Assembly (NCBI GenBank): GCA_028695395.1
Contig: JAQVJB010000001.1
Span: forward strand, 1 to 44,939
Reading direction: 5' to 3'
Length of the DNA stretch: 44,939 bases
Source: Actinomycetota bacterium
Lineage (GTDB): Bacteria; Actinomycetota; Humimicrobiia; Humimicrobiales; Humimicrobiaceae
Below are positions 38,925 through 44,939 of the stretch, one piece after another (positions within the stretch are counted from its first letter, which is position 1; each line of letters begins with the position of its first letter). Position numbers and translations under genes: made by a program. Below the pieces are notes generated by a model. The model was given only the letters and a program-made list of their open reading frames with translations. It was not told the DNA's origin and searched no databases.

Positions 38925-39269
38925 TTATTCTTTATTTAGTTTTTTGATTTCATTATATAATACTGCTCCTGTTACATCTCCGAAAAATACAATTTCACCA
39001 TTAATCAGTGTCAGCGGGAGCGGATATCCGATATCTATTGCTTTTTTAACATTGCCGTATTTTTCGAGGTCAGCTTTTTCTATATCAATAAAATTTAATT
39101 CAGTTAAATCTTTAACATCGCTGCCATTTATAAAATCCTCCAGTTCTTTGTAAAGTTCATCAGTTCTTATGGAAGCGCAGCCATAACCGCCACAGCTGCA
39201 ATTGCATCCGCCGCTACCGGCATTCTGCTCTGGAATCCCCAATATCTCAACTATTGTTTTTTTGTCCAT
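38925..39269 (-). CDS. Cys-rich thioredoxin-fold-like small protein (ArsD/YuzD-like; function unknown)
   Basis: 114 aa with AAGGAAGG RBS. N-terminal beta-strand, then cysteine cluster GSGGCNCSCGGYGCAS. The C-terminal YPLPLTLINGEIVFFG resembles the LPLLLLDGETVMAG strand-turn of ArsD and FYPLITMNDEYVADG of YuzD. 12 nt upstream of arsM. Confidence 0.6.
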   Translation of the reverse strand: MDKKTIVEILGIPEQNAGSGGCNCSCGGYGCASIRTDELYKELEDFINGSDVKDLTELNFIDIEKADLEKYGNVKKAIDIGYPLPLTLINGEIVFFGDVTGAVLYNEIKKLNKE

Positions 39270-39303
39270 AATTTAAAACCTTCCTTTTCAATAAAAATAT
39301 TTT

Positions 39304-39323
39304 ACATAGATATATTTCTATGT
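39304..39323. promoter_or_regulatory. Inverted repeat ACATAGA-N6-TCTATGT (candidate ArsR operator of the minus-strand ars arm)
   Basis: Perfect 7-bp arms, 35-54 nt upstream of the Cys-rich ORF start. Shares the ATAGA(TA) half-site with the repeat in front of the second arsR. Confidence 0.35.
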
Positions 39324-39525
39324 TTGAATATGTTAACTAATAAAAAAATAAATTGTCAAGCAATTTAATTTAAATTAACATATCGACTAACATAAATAAG
39401 TTTTAAAAATATATTTAAAAAAATTTTATCAATTGTTTGCTTTCATAACTTTTAAAGAGAAATTATGAATTTTAAAATATTTCATAAACGTCTAAAGAGA
39501 TTAATTATAGGGGTAAATATCTTAA

Positions 39526-39918
39526 GTGGATAAATTAAAGGAAATAGTAAAAATCAATAAAGCTTTATCTGATATCACAAGGCTAAGAATAATAGCGCTT
39601 CTATTTAAAAGAAAGAAACTATGCGTGTGCGAAATAAAAGAAGTCATCGGCCTCTCCCAGCCTGCTATTTCAAGCCATTTAAAAATACTTGAAAATCTTC
39701 GCCTTATAAAAGGTTTCAGGGAAGGTAAATGGATGAACTACAAAATACATGAAGAACTTGAAAAAGAAAAAAAGCAGCATATAAAGTTTATAATTTCTCT
39801 GCTTAAAAATAGTACCCAGATATCTGATGATGAAGAGAAAGCAAAGAGAGCAGACAGGTTTTGCCTTTGCAGGACTTCTGGAAAAAGTAAGACAGATATC
39901 CTTCAAAAAAAAATATAA
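39526..39918 (+). CDS. arsR: ArsR/SmtB-family As(III)-responsive repressor
   Basis: wHTH with the canonical As(III) site LCVCEI followed by LSQPAISSHLKIL (compare the R773 ArsR ELCVCDL...SQPKISRHL). GTG start. C-terminal extension carries an extra CLC pair. Confidence 0.85.
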   Translation: MDKLKEIVKINKALSDITRLRIIALLFKRKKLCVCEIKEVIGLSQPAISSHLKILENLRLIKGFREGKWMNYKIHEELEKEKKQHIKFIISLLKNSTQISDDEEKAKRADRFCLCRTSGKSKTDILQKKI

Positions 39919-40016
39919 TTTCGGATTAAAAATATAAATATAGCCATTATTAAAAAATAATTTTATTATTGGATTAATTTATAAATCTTTTAGAAAAATA
40001 TAACTGGAAGACTGAT

Positions 40017-40502
40017 ATGATTGAAAAAGTCATTGACTCAATGATTGTTTATTTTGAAAAAGACAGGAAAATGATAAATCATACTCTAAAGGTTTTTGCA
40101 TTTGCCCAGGCAATTGGAAAACTTGAAAGACTATCAGGAGAAAAGCAACTGACGCTTGAGCTTGCAGCTATTCTTCACGACATAGGCATTAAGATATCAC
40201 GTGAAAAATATAATACCTCAGAGCCGTGCTACCAGGAAAAAGAAGGTCCTGCAGTAGTTAAAAAAATGCTGGAACCTTTAGGATTTAAGGAAAATATAAT
40301 AAAGAGAGTGTCTTTTATAGTGGGCAATCATCATAGTTATGAAAAAATTGATGATATTGATTTCCAAATATTGGTTGAAGCTGATTTTCTTGTAAATCTG
40401 GATGAAGGTTTTGTACCGATGAGCGATTTTGACTATGCAAAACAAAATTATTTTAAAACAGAATCATCGATTAAGATACTTGATTCCATGTATAAAGAAT
40501 AA
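40017..40502 (+). CDS. HD-domain metal-dependent phosphohydrolase
   Basis: H...HD...H...D signature: NHTLKV, AAILHDIG, VGNHHSY and EADFL. 161 aa. Confidence 0.8.
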   Translation: MIEKVIDSMIVYFEKDRKMINHTLKVFAFAQAIGKLERLSGEKQLTLELAAILHDIGIKISREKYNTSEPCYQEKEGPAVVKKMLEPLGFKENIIKRVSFIVGNHHSYEKIDDIDFQILVEADFLVNLDEGFVPMSDFDYAKQNYFKTESSIKILDSMYKE

Positions 40503-40638
40503 TATAGATCCACGATAAGACTAATAAATTTAAATATTTATAATTAATTGGCTGCTATATAAGATTTTTGTAAAAAACTGAAAATCAAAACTAATCTGAC
40601 AGGCATATTGTTTTTTTAAAATAAATCCGGTTTCTTTA

Positions 40639-40668
40639 TTGACAGGAGTTATTAAATATAAATATAAT
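40639..40668 (+). promoter_or_regulatory. Sigma-70-like promoter for the arsR2-acr3 operon
   Basis: TTGACA (40639-44), 18-nt spacer, TATAAT (40663-68). Located 54 nt upstream of the ATG at 40722. Confidence 0.5.
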
Positions 40669-40676
40669 ATAGAAGA

Positions 40677-40705
40677 TTATCTATATCATAGATAAGTATC
40701 TATAT
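40677..40705. promoter_or_regulatory. Candidate ArsR operator: TTATCTAT-N3-ATAGATAA plus extra TATCTATAT half-site
   Basis: Perfect 8-bp inverted repeat (40677-84 / 40688-95) immediately downstream of the -10. TATCTATAT recurs as a direct repeat at 40678-86 and 40697-705. Confidence 0.5.
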
Positions 40706-40721
40706 TAATGAGGTGATTTTA

Positions 40722-40982
40722 ATGCAGGAGAAATATAAAGATTTAGTAAAAATGTTAAAAGGTCTTGCTGATGAGACAAGGTTGAAAATAATGAAAATGC
40801 TTTCATCAGGAGAGTTATGTGCATGTAAAATACTTGAGGAATTTGATATAACCCAGCCTACCCTTTCTTACCATATGAAAATACTTACTGATTGCGGACT
40901 GGTGAATGCTAGGAGAGAAGGGGCTTGGATGAAATATACCATAAACGATGAAAACCTTGAAAAATTAAAAGAAATTTTCTAA
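40722..40982 (+). CDS. arsR: ArsR/SmtB-family metalloregulator (short form)
   Basis: LADETRLKIMKML, a CAC metal site (GELCACKI) and TQPTLSYHMKIL recognition helix. GAGGTGA RBS 5 nt before ATG 40722. The GTG 40713 of the track ORF lies inside that RBS. Confidence 0.85.
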   Translation: MQEKYKDLVKMLKGLADETRLKIMKMLSSGELCACKILEEFDITQPTLSYHMKILTDCGLVNARREGAWMKYTINDENLEKLKEIF

Positions 40983-41047
40983 AAAAATCAGTCAGAAAGA
41001 TTTAAGAAAAACGGATAAAAATATTTTTATAAATGTGGAGGCATATT

Positions 41048-42064
41048 TTGAGTGCTTTAGTTTCGGTTTTTTCATGGCTTAATGATCAGTTTTTAAAAAT
41101 GGAGTGGCTTTACAGGCTTGTCCAGCTTCTTATTGAAAAAGTTTTTAAGCTGGATATGGCTTCACGCATCGGGGGAAGCCTGCATTTTTTTATATATGAT
41201 ACCATTAAGATTTTCATTCTCCTATCCATTCTTATTTTCGGAATTTCTATAATACAAAGCTTTTTTCCTCCCGAGAGATCCAGAAGAATACTTGGCAGAT
41301 TTAATGGTGTCGGGGCAAATACGATTGCAGCTCTTTTAGGAACCGTGACTCCTTTCTGTTCATGCTCTTCCATCCCGCTGTTCATCGGTTTTGTAGGCGC
41401 AGGTCTTCCTATAGGTGTTACCTTTTCCTTTCTGATATCTTCACCTCTTGTAGATCTTGCATCCGTACTCCTTCTTGCAAGTATTTTTAACTGGAAGATT
41501 GCAATTGCATACGTTATTGTGGGTGTAGTGCTCGCTGTAATCGGCGGAAGCATAATGAGCAAACTAAAGCTGGAAAGATATGTAGAGCCTTTTGTATTGA
41601 ATAATAAGCTGACAGATGCAGATACCCCCGAACTTACAAGAAAAGAACGCCTTCTTTTTGCAAAAAGCCAGGTTGCTTCGATAATAAAGAGGGTATGGCT
41701 CTATATATTGATAGGAGTAGGTATTGGTGCGCTTATACATAACTGGATACCTGAAAATATAATTGCTGCTGTCCTTGGAAAAGAAAATGTATTTTCTGTT
41801 TTTATAGCTACCGTTATAGGAGTTCCAATGTATGCAGACATATTCGGTACTCTTCCGGTTGCGGAAGCACTGGTAGGAAAAGGTGTCGGAATAGGTACAG
41901 TGCTTGCTTTTATGATGGCAGTTACGGCGCTTTCACTTCCTTCGATGATACTTCTTAAAAAGGTAGTAAAACTTAAACTGCTTGTTATTTTTGCTGTTAT
42001 CGTAGTAATAGGAATTATATTGATAGGCTATTTGTTTAATGCACTCGGATTTTTACTTTTGTAG
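41048..42064 (+). CDS. ArsP-like permease (predicted permease family with TPFCSCS motif)
   Basis: Two-halved polytopic membrane protein with the conserved intramembrane cysteine motif GTVTPFCSCSSIPLF. Commonly paired with the small redox-active disulfide protein in ars operons. GGAGG lies 6 nt before TTG 41048 (the track ORF starts at ATG 41033). Confidence 0.78.
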   Translation: MSALVSVFSWLNDQFLKMEWLYRLVQLLIEKVFKLDMASRIGGSLHFFIYDTIKIFILLSILIFGISIIQSFFPPERSRRILGRFNGVGANTIAALLGTVTPFCSCSSIPLFIGFVGAGLPIGVTFSFLISSPLVDLASVLLLASIFNWKIAIAYVIVGVVLAVIGGSIMSKLKLERYVEPFVLNNKLTDADTPELTRKERLLFAKSQVASIIKRVWLYILIGVGIGALIHNWIPENIIAAVLGKENVFSVFIATVIGVPMYADIFGTLPVAEALVGKGVGIGTVLAFMMAVTALSLPSMILLKKVVKLKLLVIFAVIVVIGIILIGYLFNALGFLLL

Positions 42065-42116
42065 ATTTATGAATATTGAAATAACTATATTGATGACAGT
42101 CAGGTAAGGTGCAAAT

Positions 42117-42722
42117 ATGATGAATGAAAATAATAGTAATAATAATGAAGAAAATAAAATACAGGAAAACATGAATCAAATAAGTAAGATGGTAAATGAT
42201 AAAAACAAAAGAAAAGCTCTTTTTATAAAGATATTTATCCCTGTGGTAATAGTCTTTATTATCGCAGGAATTTATTTTCTTAAAAATTACCCGGAAAAAC
42301 CTCCGGCTGAACCTATCCTTCCAGAGTATGCTCTTGATGCAACTTATGATTTCAACCTTGAAGAAATATTATCTCTCGGACTCCCGGTTATGATAGATTT
42401 CGGTGCGGATTCATGTCAGCCCTGCAGGCAGATGGCACCGGTTCTGGAAGAACTGAATGAAGAACTGCAGGGAAAGGCAGTTATAAAATTTGTAGATGTC
42501 TGGAAAAATCCGGATATTGCAGGCGGGATTCCTTTAAGGGTAATACCTACGCAATTCTTTTTTTATCCTGACGGCTCGCCCTATGTGCCTCCAGATGCGC
42601 AAAGCAGCAATCTGGTAATCTACCAGCATAAAGACACCGGGATGCACTTTTTTACAGCGCATGAAGGAGGCATGGACAAAAATTCTATTTTAACAATCCT
42701 TGAAGACATGGGAATGAAATGA
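42117..42722 (+). CDS. Membrane-anchored thioredoxin-domain protein (TlpA/ResA-like, CxxC = CQPC)
   Basis: Asn-rich cytoplasmic N-terminus and one TM helix (LFIKIFIPVVIVFIIAGIYFL). Then a Trx fold: VMIDFGADSCQPCRQMAPVLEEL ... VIPTQFFFYPDG (cis-Pro loop). Confidence 0.8.
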   Translation: MMNENNSNNNEENKIQENMNQISKMVNDKNKRKALFIKIFIPVVIVFIIAGIYFLKNYPEKPPAEPILPEYALDATYDFNLEEILSLGLPVMIDFGADSCQPCRQMAPVLEELNEELQGKAVIKFVDVWKNPDIAGGIPLRVIPTQFFFYPDGSPYVPPDAQSSNLVIYQHKDTGMHFFTAHEGGMDKNSILTILEDMGMK

Positions 42723-43411
42723 TTAATGACTGGCTTGAAACAATAAAAAATATTATTACTTCAAATTTATGGCTTGCTCCGGTTTTTGCATTTCTGGCGG
42801 GTATACTGACCTCTTTTACTCCGTGTTCGCTGTCAAGTGTTCCCCTTGTCATTGGATTTGTAGGAGGATATGCTGGAAATGATACGAAAAGAGCTTTCAG
42901 ATATTCTCTTGTATTCTGTCTCGGCATGACAATTACCTTTACAATATTAGGCGTCCTTGCATCTGTTTTCGGAAGGATTATGCAGAATGCAGGTTCCTGG
43001 TGGTACATAATCCTTGGAATACTGATGGTTTTAATGGCTTTGCAGATGTGGGGCATAATAAATGTGATTCCTGCCCAGACAGCAGTCAGCAAACAGAATA
43101 AAAAAGGTTATGCGGGGGCGGTTCTTGCAGGCATTCTTGGAGGGTTTTTTGCTTCTCCATGTGCGACACCGGTACTGGTTGTCCTTCTTGCAATGGTGGC
43201 TGAGAGAGGGAACATCATATTGGGAATAATTTTGCTGCTTTTATATTCTGCAGGTCATAGCGTCCTTCTCCTGGTAGCAGGGACTTCGATAGGTTTTGTA
43301 AAACAGATCTCATCATCGCATAAATTTGAGAGATATAGCAAAGTCTTCAATATAACAATGGGGATAATAATATTATTATTTGCTTTTTACTTATTTTATA
43401 CAGGATTTTAG
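42719..43411 (+). CDS. ccdA: CcdA/DsbD-family transmembrane thiol-disulfide electron transporter
   Basis: Six TM helices with the two conserved Cys-containing motifs FTPCSLSSVPLV and FASPCATPVL. ATGA overlap with the preceding thioredoxin gene. Confidence 0.85.
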   Translation: MINDWLETIKNIITSNLWLAPVFAFLAGILTSFTPCSLSSVPLVIGFVGGYAGNDTKRAFRYSLVFCLGMTITFTILGVLASVFGRIMQNAGSWWYIILGILMVLMALQMWGIINVIPAQTAVSKQNKKGYAGAVLAGILGGFFASPCATPVLVVLLAMVAERGNIILGIILLLLYSAGHSVLLLVAGTSIGFVKQISSSHKFERYSKVFNITMGIIILLFAFYLFYTGF

Positions 43412-43425
43412 AAAGGAGAACATGA

Positions 43426-43665
43426 ATGGAAATAAAAGTAATCGGTCCCGGATGCAAAAACTGTAAAAGTCTTCTAGAACTGGTAAGGCAGGCGGTTAAG
43501 GAGGCAGGTATTGAATCGGAAATCATCTACATCACTGATATGGCTGATATTATGAAAACAGGAATAATGCAGACACCCGGTCTGATGGTGAATGGTAAAA
43601 TCAAGACTGTAGGCAGAGTGCCGGGATTAAAAGAAATAAAACAATTTATATCTGAAGAAATATAA
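43426..43665 (+). CDS. Small thioredoxin-fold protein (redox-active disulfide protein 2 type)
   Basis: 79 aa: IKVIGPGCKNCKSL (CxxC), TPGLMVNGKIK, GRVP. AGGAG RBS. Confidence 0.85.
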   Translation: MEIKVIGPGCKNCKSLLELVRQAVKEAGIESEIIYITDMADIMKTGIMQTPGLMVNGKIKTVGRVPGLKEIKQFISEEI

Positions 43666-43707
43666 AATAATATTGTAAATTTGAGGAAAGCATAAAGAGA
43701 GGTTTTT

Positions 43708-44763
43708 GTGGCTAAGGAAAAAACAAGGGAGATTGGTTTTTTTGAAAAATATCTGACTTTATGGGTTATAATCTGCATGGCAGCAGGTATTCTTATTGGG
43801 AGATATCTTCCGTCAGTACCGGCTTTTCTGGGAAGATTTGAGTATGCGCAGGTTTCTATACCTATTGCTGTACTTATCTGGTTTATGATTTATCCGATGA
43901 TGATGAAGGTAGATTTTACCAGCATAAAAAATGTCGGAAAAAATCCGAAGGGACTTTTTATTACATGGGTGACGAACTGGCTTATAAAACCTTTTACAAT
44001 GTATGGAATAGCTTTTTTCTTCTTTTATATAGTTTTTAAGTCGATTATTCCTGCTGAGCTTGCAAAAGATTATCTTGCCGGGGCTGTCCTTCTCGGAGCA
44101 GCACCATGTACAGCCATGGTATTTGTCTGGAGTCATCTCACACGGGGCAATGCAGCATATACGGTAGTCCAGGTAGCAACAAATGATCTGATTATTCTTT
44201 TTGCTTTTACTCCGATAGTCGCTTTTCTGCTGGGTATAGGCGGATTAAGAGTTCCATGGGATACTCTTTTTCTTTCAGTAGTTTTGTTTGTTGTAATCCC
44301 TCTTGCAGGAGGTACTCTTACAAGAACGCTTATAATCAGAAGAAAAGGAAAAGAATATTTTGAAAACAGGTTTCTGCCGAAGTTTAATGACGTTACAATA
44401 ATAGGACTTCTTTTAACTCTTGTAATTATATTTTCCTTCCAGGGAACCACAATTCTTGAGAATCCTGTTCATATAATTCTGATAGCAGTTCCTTTGATAA
44501 TACAGACATTCATTATTTTCTTCATCGCATATCTGGCTTCAAGAGCTCTTAAACTTACACACGATATCGCTGCTCCTGCAGGAATGATCGGAGCGTCCAA
44601 TTTCTTTGAGCTGGCTGTTGCAGTGGCGATTTCCCTGTTTGGAGCAAGGTCACCCGTTGCGCTTGCAACGATAGTAGGTGTGCTGGTCGAGGTTCCTGTG
44701 ATGCTTATGCTTGTAAAAATTGCAAATAAAACGACCCATTGGTTTCCGACAAGAAATAAGTAA
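43708..44763 (+). CDS. acr3: Arsenite efflux permease, ACR3 family
   Basis: FFEKYLTLWVIICMAAGILIG N-terminus and the signature GAAPCTAMVFVW with the essential Cys. Ten TM helices. GTG start with AGAGAGG RBS. Confidence 0.92.
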   Translation: MAKEKTREIGFFEKYLTLWVIICMAAGILIGRYLPSVPAFLGRFEYAQVSIPIAVLIWFMIYPMMMKVDFTSIKNVGKNPKGLFITWVTNWLIKPFTMYGIAFFFFYIVFKSIIPAELAKDYLAGAVLLGAAPCTAMVFVWSHLTRGNAAYTVVQVATNDLIILFAFTPIVAFLLGIGGLRVPWDTLFLSVVLFVVIPLAGGTLTRTLIIRRKGKEYFENRFLPKFNDVTIIGLLLTLVIIFSFQGTTILENPVHIILIAVPLIIQTFIIFFIAYLASRALKLTHDIAAPAGMIGASNFFELAVAVAISLFGARSPVALATIVGVLVEVPVMLMLVKIANKTTHWFPTRNK

Positions 44764-44831
44764 AAACAGTTAATCGCAGTAGATTGTATTAAGTTTCAAG
44801 AGTAGGAATAATTGATTTAAATCTTGGATTT

Positions 44832-44939
44832 TTAATATCTATGCAAAGACAGGTTTTCAACAATTTCATGGAAATATTTTCCTGATTCCTTAAGAGTCCT
44901 CTTTAGCTGAGGATCATTAAAATCAATACTGACAAGCCC
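44832..44939 (-). CDS. 3-prime fragment of an unidentified ORF running off the window
   Basis: My own translation of the minus strand from the window edge gives GLVSIDFNDPQLKRTLKESGKYFHEIVENLSLHRY, then a stop (TAA; complement of 44832-44834). There is no recognisable motif, so it may not be a real gene. Confidence 0.25.
   Translation of the reverse strand, partial: GLVSIDFNDPQLKRTLKESGKYFHEIVENLSLHRY

Noticed and set aside
41110-41562. 150-aa ORF antisense to the ArsP-like permease. Similar long antisense ORFs lie at 32764-33267, 1908-2354, 22145-22564, 20057-20470 and 42685-43092.
   Set aside because: Each lies entirely inside, and opposite to, a gene with strong family motifs. Their translations are low-complexity with no motifs or RBS. 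They are typical shadow ORFs.
1-44939. Looked for CRISPR arrays, IS elements, integrases, phage genes and other mobile-element signatures, and for long exact repeats.
   Set aside because: No regularly spaced direct repeats were seen. No transposase, recombinase or phage-like ORFs appear in any frame of the track. No long duplicated segments were noticed by eye. An exhaustive repeat search was not possible without tools.

Overview
About 45 kb of chromosome from a visibly AT-rich bacterium with an anaerobic gene set: ferredoxin-dependent 2-oxoacid oxidoreductase, Fe-S fumarase, hybrid-cluster protein and radical SAM. I support 43 protein-coding genes (one is a 3-prime fragment at the window edge), one tRNA-Thr(CGU), one tryptophan-specific T-box leader and two clear intrinsic terminators. 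I found no transposase, integrase, phage gene, CRISPR array or rRNA. Gene blocks in order: (1) iorA-iorB-ACT-paaK aromatic 2-oxoacid / aryl-acetyl-CoA module. (2) An isoprenoid cassette: a degenerate prenyl-synthase paralog, a cobalamin-type radical SAM and a canonical polyprenyl diphosphate synthase, followed by an AEC permease. (3) TPR-rich lytic transglycosylase and a patatin-like lipase. (4) nadA-nadB-nadC on the minus strand. (5) A Topo III/archaeal-like type IA topoisomerase, then convergent and overlapping genes for the two class I fumarase subunits. (6) tmk-holB-ricT-tRNA-Thr-argS-lysA-hom-thrC-thrB, then a sugar-kinase-like ATPase and an enoate reductase. (7) T-box(Trp) controlling a stand-alone trpB2. 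(8) hcp and a bipartite arsenic island. Its minus arm is a Cys-rich Trx-fold protein, arsM and hcp. Its plus arm is arsR, an HD hydrolase, a second arsR, an ArsP-like permease, a membrane thioredoxin, CcdA, a small thioredoxin-like protein and acr3. The best candidates for undescribed biology are the radical-SAM-containing prenyl-synthase cassette (4537-8270) and the uncharacterised thiol-redox, Cys-rich and HD components of the ars island (38925-43665). All functional calls come from reading motifs in the supplied translations. No database search was run.
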